A DNA stretch of 62,419 nt, the filler included, from Choristocarpus tenellus KU-1152 (lineage: Eukaryota > Protista > Phaeophyceae): NCBI GenBank assembly GCA_964200185.2. It is 9 parts of 9 records of this genome, joined end to end, with 100 filler letters (N's around TTAATTAATTAA, not from the genome) between each part and the next. Parts side by side here need not be neighbours in the genome. Positions count along the whole stretch, not along the records: positions 48,573 to 54,160 come from CAXNAD020010331.1; positions 54,261 to 57,676 come from CAXNAD020020183.1; positions 57,777 to 62,419 come from CAXNAD020013660.1; 6 more parts are not named here. One strand, written 5' to 3'. Below are positions 52,401 through 62,419 of the stretch, piece by piece. The first letter of the stretch is position 1. Every line of letters starts with the position of its first letter. The translations under genes were made by a program, and so were the position numbers. Under the pieces are notes generated by a model, which was not told the DNA's origin, ran no database searches, and worked only from the letters and a program-made list of their open reading frames with translations.

Positions 52401-53278
52401 CAAACACTTGGAAGACACCCACACTACATGTTTATGTTTGTGTAAGCATTTTGCGAGGTTATACATTGCTTCAAAGACTGTTGGATTTTAATTCCGTTAA
52501 CACTTTTTGGGGGTTAAGGACGACATATCCAGTTTGATAAATACTCCCACAAATATGGGAGAGTATAACTGATGAATTACATACATCCGTCCACAGCTGG
52601 AAAAATGGAGTATTTTCTTCAGTAGTGAACTTGCTTCTTGGACAGAGTCTCAGCTTGTTCTGCTTCTAACAACTTTCAGGATGCATTTTGTGATGAATGC
52701 AGTGCCCGTATCCATGGCAGTGGCCACCGGAAGACTCACTCTTTGACAAAATATGCTGAGTCCAGGAAAGGGTGGCAGGTATGTGAGGAGTAGACTGAAA
52801 AGTATACCATATGTTATCGCACAGGAAAGGGTATAGTATACATAGCTCTGCTTGAGCAGCATTGGTTAGGGTTAAGATTAGGGTTAGGGTTAGGACTCGT
52901 GTGCACGCTTGTGAGTAGAGCTGTGCTTGGAAGCGATTGCTTTTGTGAATGCAATTCGTAAATTCGTGCTATCATGTGTGCAAGAAACGTGAGGTGGTCA
53001 TATTTCGTGCAGTATAGTCCCCAACTGCAAAGAACTGCGTGTAACCGCAACAAACAACAGACTCCTCCCATCTCCCCCACTCCTACCCCCCCAATTCTTA
53101 ATCATCCGTTGTCTTTTTTCCCTCAACAGACTGTGGAAGGGCGCACAGAAAATGAGCCCACGTTCTACTACAATGCCACAACAGCAGAAAGTCGCTTCGA
53201 AAAACCAGAAGAGCTAATGACTCCAGAGGAGCTTGGAGAACACAAGAAATATCTTGAATTCAAGGAGGCCAGTGAGAA
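49496..53278 (+). CDS. WW / B-box / B-box / WW protein, partial. Exons 49496-49620, 50777-50894, 52187-52269, 52680-52778, 53130-53278
   Basis: RWVKQRNDKGVVFYFDQESHETHWFPP (WW); CEEC..|..CEDCENRVYCDKCWKRSH......QH (B-box); CVDC......CLQCK|DAFCDECSARIH....KTH (B-box); GWQ|TVEG...TFYYNATTAESRFEKP (WW). Phases are consistent. Confidence 0.88.
49935..50120 (+). mobile_element. MITE family A
   Basis: GACCCAAAGTATCT...AGATACTTTGAGCC; 4-bp TSD ATTG. Confidence 0.95.
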
Positions 53279-53619
53279 GTGAGTAGGACTGATATGTGCT
53301 ACTGCAACTCTCACAGCACACTTTAATGTAGTAGGGCTGGTATTGTTGGCAAGTGTTGGCAATCACCAAGAATATATGGAATCAACCGTCCTGCCTTAGA
53401 AGTATACTTCTCAAAGTAGCTTGCTGCTGATCTCTACTCTCGTAGCATATACCTAGTGAAGTAGTTGTGAATTACTCTCCTACAACAACGCCTTTACATA
53501 GCACACATGTTTCATAGTGCGATTGAGTGTACTCCTTCAAGGGCTTGCAAGGCATCTCATATTGGAGAGCATAGATGCATCTCGTGGCACCTTTTGGAGA
53601 AAGACCTTCGGGGAAAGAA

Positions 53620-53877
53620 GAGTCAAAGTATCTTAGAGAGTAGAGGCGTGTCCATTTGGGAGGCAAAATCCAATATTTCGATTTTGATGTAATTTTGACT
53701 ATCGTGTTTGTTAGGAAGTGTCGATATCCATGTTCTGGACACAACTTTTCATAACGTATACATTTTACCTACTGAAAACATTTTGGAGTAGGTAAACAAT
53801 ATAAAAAAATCCATGGGAAGCCAAGCCCCAAATGGACAAAGAGGGTAAGAATCGTACCCTCTAAGATGCTTTGACTC
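53620..53877 (+). mobile_element. MITE family B
   Basis: GAGTCAAAGTATCTTAGAGAGTA...TACCCTCTAAGATGCTTTGACTC; 4-bp TSD AGAA. Confidence 0.95.
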
Positions 53878-53992
53878 AGAAGAAAAGCAATTGGCAGTGA
53901 TGCGCTTCTATGTTATTTGAATCGGTGGAGAGACAGAGGACCTCCCACTAACCCATTGTCATCCATGCACTCAGCTTTATGGTGCTGGTAAA

Positions 53993-54145
53993 GGCTCAAA
54001 GTATCTGGGGGGGGGGGTGGCGGCTGTCCATTTGGGGTCAACCTTTTCATGTTGCGATTTTTGTGTGATTTGGTTGCATACATCCGATGGATAACGTAAA
54101 TGCACTTTTCCTGATTTTGGTCCAAATGGACACCCTGGTGTAGAA
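53993..54145 (-). mobile_element. MITE family A, distal end missing
   Basis: GGCTCAAAGTATCTGGGG plus the family-A interior. Confidence 0.9.
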
Positions 54146-54260
54146 GTAGCTCACCCACACNNNNNNNNNNNNNNNNNNNNNNNNNNNNNNNNNNNNNNNN
54201 NNNNTTAATTAATTAANNNNNNNNNNNNNNNNNNNNNNNNNNNNNNNNNNNNNNNNNNNN

Positions 54261-54330
54261 GCACTTTTCCTGATTTTGGTCCAAATGGACACTCTGGTGT
54301 AGACCCCCCCCCTCTCGGATACTTTGGGTC
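54261..54330 (-). mobile_element. MITE family A, partial at the contig start
   Basis: Interior fragment plus terminus GGATACTTTGGGTC. Confidence 0.85.
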
Positions 54331-56439
54331 TGACCTTTCCCAATTACTGCAATCCACCCAGCATGAGCATTCTAGAACTAGCCTCAGAAGAAAAAAACGA
54401 GTTCTGATACTCTACATCAGCAGTACATGTGAGGATGAAGACCCCATCACAACTTCGACAACTCACTATTCCCTAACTCAACCATCGCATCTAACCACAA
54501 CTCAACGAGCTTTCTCCAAACATTGCGGGTTTGAACCCTTGCGACGTCGACTTTTTATCTGGTTTCAATGATCCAGCTCGACGTGGCAAACATAACAGAT
54601 TAGTCGTACACCTGTACTATGATAGAGATATTCTGTATGTGGCTATACCACAAAACGATGGACCGAGATCAACATGGAAACTTTGAGGTGGATTCGAGAC
54701 AAGATTTGTCGAGGAGACAGAGGAACGAGTGGTGAGAGTGCGTGCCAAGGCAGCAAAGAAGTATAACCAGTAGTGCAACCATTAGTCAGTAGGTTGTATG
54801 AAAGTAATGCAGTGCATAATGCCTCTGACAGATAAAATATAAGAAGAGTATGTACTAGTTCCAAGTACTTCGAAGTATACATTGTTGTCCCTCCTGATAT
54901 GTTGTGCAGAGGTTGTCATGTGGAGGGGAAAAATGTATGAGGTAAAGAAAAGAGCAAACACAACAACAACAGAGTCTAGAAAGAAGGAACACGAGGTAAA
55001 GATATATACGTAGCTGAGTATTGCTCCAAGCGGAGCAGTGGATATCTGAAACTACCGTCAAACTCCGCCCCCCTCCCCTCTGACCCTAACCTAAAGTTCT
55101 ATCTGTAGTGGAAAAAAATATTGTGGAAACGCAACAACAGAGGGGATAATTGGTCCAGAACGCCGTTTGTTTTTATGTTGTGTGGGAGGGGCGTGGCTTG
55201 TGATGTCCTCACGAGTTGTTTAATAATTCTCAGCTGGCCACTGCAGATGTGAACGTATGTCACAGACCCCAACCTACACATGCACGTTTGGATGCTGCGT
55301 GTGTTGGTAAGATTGGGAATGTGAACGTGGGCAGGCATATAGATGTGTTAGAAGGAATTGGAACGCTAGGTTTTAACAGGGGGTCATGCCAAGCAAAGAA
55401 TCGTTGAGAGGCAGTCGATTGCAGTGCACGGGTGTAGGGTAATCCAAATACTTTGTAATAGAGTCAGTGTTGCAACGCCAAAGTCTTAGTAGGACTTCCA
55501 TGTTACAAAACGCTCCGCAAGCTTACCATGGTGAGTTATACAGCTCCATTCCATAAGAATGTGTGTGGACCTTGAAGCTCGTACAAGGCTACATCATGCG
55601 CAAGTCGTCAAGTATGCTGAATCTCTCGCTTCGATTATTCACTTCATAAGTACCATATCATCGTATATAAAAGGAACAACAGAATGACTAAATAACAAAT
55701 AGTGAAGTACAAATATATAAAATCTAGGACTTCAAGATCATAATGGTGTTTATGAAACCACTATCATCAAGACATATTGCCTGTATCATCAGTTCCGCCA
55801 CATCTACCTACCTAACCAGCATAGCAATCACGTTTGGGGGGTCCTGTAAAACTCTATTTTTCTATTAGGGTCAGTTCTGCCAACCTACCAACAAGCTACC
55901 TATGCACCACCCAGTATAGCAAACTTGTTTGGGTCCTGGACAATGGCTTATATATAGCACAAAACATCTCAAGCTGTGCGCGATTTAATTGCTTTGATTG
56001 TGTATCATTTGTCATCACAATAGCTGGAGGGATCCCACTCCCATGGTCGACTAGGCAGTCCAAAGGAAAGATGGTGACGCCAAATGATCGAGAAAAAGCA
56101 ATCAAGGACCACGAAAGAAAACAAAACAGTGGAAGAAAAGTTAACGAGTAAAAAAAGAGAAGAAAAATAAGGAAGAGGAAGAATACCTACCACACAAAAG
56201 AAACTTAAGGGAGAGAGAAGAAATAAGAAATAATAATAATGCAAGAAACCCCCCCCAACAAAAAAAAAAAAAAACGATAAGAAAGCTGTATTCGGCAGAC
56301 ATTGGTGGTGGCGGCGATGATGACTTTGGCGACATTAGCTATCACACCTTCCTTCAAATGCCACTCTTCCATAAAGCCCGTTATGCCGTTAATCGCACAC
56401 TCATACCACTCCCATTGAAAAGTGACCCTCATGCTCCAC

Positions 56440-57495
56440 CCCTCAATTCTAGTCCTACACTCGTCAAGGTCGTCTCTTGGCGGCATATCCACCAGTTAAT
56501 CTCCTGTCCACCTTGCTTCCATCTTCCTTTAGCAAGCTCCCCAAACATCAATACCTTGGGAAGTAGCTCTTCCCCCAAGCTTCCAACTATCCCACCCAGC
56601 AAATAGAAGCCTGTGCCTGCACACCATTGCCTCAATACTCTCCCACCCAGTCTTCATAGGAGAATCTTTGTAGGACAGGACCTGATTGGTGCTTCCCGTT
56701 TGAAGAAATCTATACAATGGAAAACGATTTTTTGATGATAAGAACAGAACTTCAAGTACTTCAGCTTTGAGCATTCGAATCTATAGCTCAAGTGAGAGAC
56801 CTGAGGTCCTGTCGTAAAGAGCTTGACTATATTTTCGAAACCTCCAAGCTTTCTGGATCCTCAGACTGACCATCACAGCAGCGATAGCGGCATCTTTTCT
56901 GATTGTTCCATCAAGAAAAACAACGTATCAGTCTAATTTGGAGACCGAAGGTACGTGTTCTCCGTCTTCAATGCCGACACAATCAGTCAGGTCGAATGGT
57001 CCAGCCACCTCAAAATCGCTGTCATCATCCTGGCCAAACCCCCGTTGACCTAAGAGAGGGTGCCCGCATGATCAGCATAAAGCATAATCTACAGTAGCAG
57101 CTCCTCCTCAAATGATATCCCACTTTTTGACTCTACTCTTTTTATCTTGTTGTTTGAGGCTGCTCTCTTGATGACACCAAGATCCTTGGTTGGAGATGGA
57201 TGAGTCAGAGGTGAACACCATAGCAAATACATTTAACAGTACAGTGAAGAAGATGTTGAAGAGGATAGGAGCATAATCATGTCACTGTCAGAGTCCCAGC
57301 CCAACCTCGAACCAAGTCTGTGCACTCGCTATTATCCATGCAAAGAAATGACCTCATTCCATCATAGAATTGTCGGATGACAGAAATAATCCTCATAGGC
57401 ACGCCAAATTTGACCAGCACAACCAACAGGGGATCGCAATCATCAGAGTCGAATGCATTCTGTAGATCAACAAAAACATGAAGAGGGGTCATAAA
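56440..57495 (-). mobile_element. Degenerate RTE-like LINE reverse-transcriptase fragment
   Basis: VFVDLQNAFDS....LLVVLVKFGVPMRIISVIRQFYDGM, APILFNIFF, RHRLLFAG and LPKVLMFGEL..G..KQGG....W, with many frameshifts. Confidence 0.85.
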
Positions 57496-57643
57496 ATAAT
57501 ATCATCCCACACGACTAATCAATTGTGCGATGGGTTGGTCACTATCGGGTTCTCTATGGAGAATACACCCTGATGAACATGTCAATGCCAGCAGGTTGGG
57601 TCAAAATAAGAGGTCTTCCATACAATAATCGGTACAATCTAAT

Positions 57644-57676
57644 GAGTGAAAGTATCTTAGAGAGTACGAGTTTTGC
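57644..57676 (-). mobile_element. MITE family B terminus at the contig end
   Basis: GAGTGAAAGTATCTTAGAGAGTACGAGTTTTGC. Confidence 0.8.
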
Positions 57677-57776
57677 NNNNNNNNNNNNNNNNNNNNNNNN
57701 NNNNNNNNNNNNNNNNNNNNTTAATTAATTAANNNNNNNNNNNNNNNNNNNNNNNNNNNNNNNNNNNNNNNNNNNN

Positions 57777-57777
57777 G

Positions 57778-57847
<70 letters not shown>

Positions 57848-57996
57848 CTGTTCCATTGGGGCCAATTTTTTCTATGTCACGATTTTTGTGTGATTTGGTT
57901 GCATACATCGGATGGATAATATAAGTGTACTTTTCCTGGTAATGGCCCAAATGGACACCCTGGTGTAGACCCCCCCCCCCCCAGATACTTTAGGCA
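57777..57996 (-). mobile_element. MITE family A, partial, with an expanded poly-G tract
   Basis: Family-A interior and terminus AGATACTTTAGGCA; ~68-nt G run at the contig start. Confidence 0.88.
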
Positions 57997-58096
57997 GCAA
58001 CATGGTGCGCCTGTGGTTGGGGGAGAAATTCGACTGCAAGAAAGGTAGGCATGAATTCGCCCCGAGTGAGTGGGGTATTGATGACCTTTGCCATGT

Positions 58097-58345
58097 GAGT
58101 CAAAGTATCTTAGAGGGTAGAGCCGTGTCCGTTTAGGGGTCAAAATCCAATGGTTCGATTTTGATGTAATTTTGTTTGTTAGGAAGTGTCAATATCATTG
58201 TTCTGAACAAACCTTTTCAGAACATACACATTTTACCTACTCCGAAACATTTCGGAGTAGGAAAATGTCACAAGAGATCCGTGGGAAGCAAAGCCCCAAA
58301 TGGATAAACAGGGCAAAATTCGTACCCTCTAAGATACTTTCATTC
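58097..58345 (+). mobile_element. MITE family B
   Basis: GAGTCAAAGTATCTTAGAGGGTA...TACCCTCTAAGATACTTTCATTC; 4-bp TSD ATGT. Confidence 0.95.
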
Positions 58346-58906
58346 ATGTTCAATATATGCAGTACCTGCAGTAGCATCATCTTTACTCCTTAGTCAAATA
58401 TATTACGGCTCGTCATCGTCAGATACAACAATTTTTATCACAACAGGAGCACAGGAGAAATACACACACACAGACGCATGCACGCATGCATGCATGCACA
58501 CATGCATGCACACAAAAGAGAAAAATCGGTAGATATGTCAAAAACGATACATTGATTTTGCTTTCGAGTCCAACGATATAGTTCATATATGAACACCACA
58601 AGTTGTATACGCGTATATATATATTGGGCAACAGCATTGCACTAACTAGGGCTATGAGGAAATGGAAATTTTCAGCAGTAGGTCCGATTACAACAAATTG
58701 CGCTAACTTGCTCTTCAAAGTAAAGCCATGGCCGCCTCTTCAAATCTACCTATGGTGGGCGGGAAGTCAGCCAGGAGGGTCTTTTTGAATGCAAAAGGAA
58801 AATGTTGGATATTGTTGCACCCTGCGGATAGCTAGCTTCTGGCAGTGTCATGAACATATGATAATTGTTCTGGATAGGCTCATGGAGAATGCAAAGAAAC
58901 CCTCAC

Positions 58907-60873
58907 CGCTGTGCCAGATCCTGAGCACCCCTCTCTTGAACACGTTCCTTGGAGATAGATGCCCTTTCCTGATAGAATGCCTTTCGGGCGATGTCCTTCT
59001 TTCTGAGGTAATTTATTGTTGAGCTTATACGCCTCCTTTGTGGTGACTGTGGGGTAGACTTCGTCTCATTGCACTTGTATATCACGCAGCAAAAGTGTCA
59101 CGGTGTGATCAGGATACCCCGCCCCCAGGTACCATCATCAGTGCCAGAAAGGCAAAAACAAAACAGCAGGCATGGTTTGGGGGGCAGACAGAGGAAAAAC
59201 GAGGATGAGTCTCTTCTCAGAGACTGTGTGCTCCAGAAGATAGCCTTGAAGGAATGGATTGAGAGAAAATCATTCCTTAATGCACGAGGATATCACCGAT
59301 TTTCCATTGTACTTGACGGTATTTCAACGCGCTCAGTAATAGACTCTACTGATCTGCAGTGTATCAGTCGTGATCAAACTCACTTTTGTGGGTGATTGGG
59401 TTTGGCGTTTGCCGTAGCTCTGGATACCAACCTCTTCCTTCTTTGGTATAGTGTTATGTCCACCAGGGCTCTTTGTAATGGTAGGATGTCGAGAACCCGT
59501 TGGGGAAGCTGCAACCTTAGCCTGGTGACTTTTGGACACTACTCTTTTTAAGTGACTTGTGTTCTTGAGGTCACTGCCATGAGTCCTTTTCCTTCGTTCC
59601 TTCTTCTCTTTGTGGGCGTTTTTATCCCTCTTTTTGTTTTTTCTCACAAGGGACATGAAGGTGTTGCTAAAATTCCATATGTCCAGAGAATTGTCCATTT
59701 CCTTCTCTTGAGCTGAATTTTCCCTCTTCGTGAGTCTCACTGCTGTTAGCCTTCGCCGCTCCTCTTGGACCTCTGATTCCATTTCAGATTTCACCTTCCA
59801 AAATTGGTGTCCATCAATAATTTGATGAGAAAGACAGTGTACAAACTTTAATGCAGATGTTTTGAGAGTAAACAGGGCGAAGTCACCCGCCTAAAACCAG
59901 CAACGAGATGACTTTCTACTCGTCCAAATGGCACGGAACATATGCACGTAATCGTCACGCACAATCGATTCTCGTTCTCTCTCGGACGCCACATACAGTA
60001 GAATGCGACACAAACTTCTACTCTGAAATCCTTTGGAGTTTAGCAGCCGTGGATGCAGCAGTTTGGTCTAGATACGCACTACGGGAATAGTAAGCTTTTT
60101 CGCCAGTTGTCAAAACTGCTACAAAAGGTTCTCCCAAGTGTGCCTGGTGGACAATCCTTCTACTTCTGATGGTGCAGAGGGAAAAAATAATGAGCATGGA
60201 TGGTACTATGCGTGTGGGTGTAGTGGTGGGATGTGCTTTGACGACTGGTCGGATGGCTACCAGATGGTTTAGCGTATGGTACTCTCACCAACTGCTCGTC
60301 CATGCCCAGCAGGACTGACACCTCAAGTCCCATGCCTTGGCTGACCTTCGATACGACGAGGGGTGCGAAGCACAGGAGGAGAAAATACTTCTTAGCGAGC
60401 TAAGTGGAAAGAAACCTTGAGCGCAGGTGGTTACGACTTTATTCACTCACATGGGTTTCGATTGCACGTTCTCTCTGAGCTGCTCGACGTATTGAGATTC
60501 GAGCTTTCCTCCTTTCTTGGTTCTTGAGTCGCTGCTTAATAATGAGGTCACTTATGTTGTCAACTGGTATCTTGGGCGAGAGTAAGGAATCAATTTGAAC
60601 GCTCGAACGCCGGAAGCTATCCTGGGGCTCAGGGTTTCCCTGTTCCACCCCGACGCGGGGTCCATCTGTATCTTGTTGAGCGGTGCACATGGTAATTGTT
60701 TCGATCTAATTGTTGTGCACAGAGAGCACCATCTTTTTTTCTGAGAAAATTCCTTGCAAAATCGTCCCCCAATAGACACGTTCGTTCACCCCCACACACA
60801 CGACCTGGCCTGTGTCTCTTTTTTTGGGCATTCTTATGTTGAACGGCACAGGAGGGGGGACTTCATCGGACAT
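58907..60873 (-). CDS. Hypothetical multi-exon K/R/E-rich protein; exon chain only partly resolved
   Basis: Exon-like ORFs ending in strong donors: ...RERAIETH|GTGAGT (~60451), ...TQSPTK|GTGAGT (~59384), ...DLAQR|GTGAGG (~58907). CpG-rich 5' region; no domain recognised. Confidence 0.4.
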
Positions 60874-62346
60874 TTTGATCAACAGCAACTACCACATTAT
60901 ATGCGAAAACGAAACGCCACTACAACATGTCGAAATTAACGTGTTGTATAGAACTTACGACTACTCACCTAACTTCATTATTAAAATAAATCGAGTTGTA
61001 GAACTCTCCAATCATTTTGTCGAAAAAAAAATGCAACAACCATATACTGTTGTCACAGACAGGTCACCTTTTTCGGATCTCCGACATTGAGGATGATACG
61101 CGCGGTCATATACATTTACGCGCGTCACCTTTGGCATTGAGGTCAGGGCAAGTGATGCAGTGTAGGTTAGACGCACGAATGGCACGCGGTAACCCCGACA
61201 TTCAACGGTGGATTCAAACCAGCGAAGCCCGGGATTGTGTTTTCTGTTCTAACTGGTCAAAACCAACAATGACATTGAAGATTGATTCCATGGCAAGCTG
61301 AGGCTGTCAACATACACCCAGTATGCCTCAGTCTCATCTTCCACTTCCTCTCTGAACCTCATCTCTGGTGCTTCTCATCACCCCCCATCATACAGAACCA
61401 GGCCCCTTAACACTGTACTACATACTTATCTCCTTTAAATTTGTTTTTCCCACCTTACCTACATAATATGTATTTCATTAAATATAGGAGTTGTGCAATG
61501 TATTATTTTTATCACGTGAGTGGTGTGTATCACGCACGTATTCCGTAAATCACACATACATACTACTAGCAATACTGCACACATCCATTCGTCTTGTGCA
61601 ACACATGATGTGTAAAAAGCATTGATGAGCAGTCTTTTTCGAATTGAGTGCTGGTCCTGGACCGACCCCTTCTACTCTCTTATTCAACACCACCCTGATG
61701 TATTATTTACCCATCCTGGTACCATTATTGCTGTAATCTTTTCTGTCGATGTAGTAATAGAGTAACTGGTCTACGTATTAAAATTGCAGAGAGTCGAAGG
61801 AAGCGAGAGGTACCCAGACTTGCGTTGTGAGGATGCTGACAAATATGTGTAAAGTTCAGGGGGGTTTTCAAATGTGCGTAGGATATATTCTGAATTGTGT
61901 TGGAAAAGTTCCAACCATAGAGACATGAATGCTCTCGAGTCAAACTTAGAACTTCATCAACGAAAATATGGGAGAATAGCGAAAGATTTGAAAAACAGAC
62001 TTGAAATTTAAAATGGCTAAGACCTCGATACCTCTTGCTTTCTTTGGCTCGGACAGAGAGACAACATGTAGTTATTACACATCAAATAATAAAGGAGAAA
62101 ATATATTACCAAACTGAATGTTTGGGTGGAAAGTAAAAGGAATATATGCACCACACAACTACAAGTTTGCACACAAACACCATAGAGTGGGACAGGTGCA
62201 CTAGCACAACATGGTTCCCTCCACCAGCCTTCAAATGGTAACAGGGCGTGCACACGTACACAACACGACACCAAATTGAACCTCATTTGAACAAGCTATT
62301 TACCAGCAACAATCTACGCCATACACGATAAGAAAATTCCAATTTT

Positions 62347-62419
62347 GAGTGAAAGTATCTCAGAGGGTACGAGTTTTTCCCTGTTTGTCCATTTGGGGTT
62401 TGGTTTCCCATGGGTCATT
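62347..62419 (-). mobile_element. MITE family B, running off the window end
   Basis: GAGTGAAAGTATCTCAGAGGGTACGAGTTTTTCCCTGTTTGTCCATTTGGGG. Confidence 0.9.

Noticed and set aside
54102-54302. Near-identical sequence on both sides of a linker suggesting the contigs overlap
   Set aside because: Both are MITE-A interior and they diverge after TGTAGA, so they are probably different copies.
54520-54592. tRNA or SECIS-like structure (GGTTCAAACCC on minus; 11-bp hairpin)
   Set aside because: No A box at tRNA spacing, no cloverleaf and no SECIS core geometry.
7590-57776. Recurring TTAATTAATTAA palindrome between N runs
   Set aside because: It is an artificial six-frame-stop linker joining contigs. 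Gene order across it, such as kinesin near myosin, means nothing.
1674-58393. Short ORFs with recurring peptides such as SPKWTNRAK and TPNGQPPP
   Set aside because: They are translations of MITE-A and MITE-B copies, not a gene family.
866-62419. MITEs as introner elements
   Set aside because: No copy coincides with a complete intron. In the one copy inside an ORF (11195-11391), splicing at the terminal GT/AG would leave 14 nt and shift the frame.

Overview
Eukaryotic, intron-rich, transposon-dense DNA. It is most likely a stramenopile such as a brown alga, inferred from unfused RPS30, TTAGGG repeats, splice-site style and the RTE/CRE/PIF repeat types. The window is not contiguous: nine contigs are joined by artificial 100-nt linkers (N44-TTAATTAATTAA-N44). 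By hand I could splice two complete genes (RPS30 and a FAM173-like SAM methyltransferase with a GC-AG intron). Five partial genes also splice: a kinesin, a myosin head, an LRR protein, a WW/B-box protein and a double C2HC zinc-finger/FN3-like protein. Mobile DNA includes a decayed two-gene, intron-containing PIF/Harbinger element, a deleted Copia, an RTE-like LINE, CRE/R2-type RLE 3' fragments and a fold-back element. About 20 MITE copies fall into three families that share one TIR core. The most unusual signals are four: these MITEs make both 3-bp and 4-bp TSDs with no TWA preference; a solo LTR carries a tRNA-like A-box/B-box cassette at tRNA spacing; short TTAGGG insertions are frequent, one inside a MITE TIR; and CpG decay coexists with CpG-island-like gene starts. 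All coordinates and counts are manual and no database search was run.
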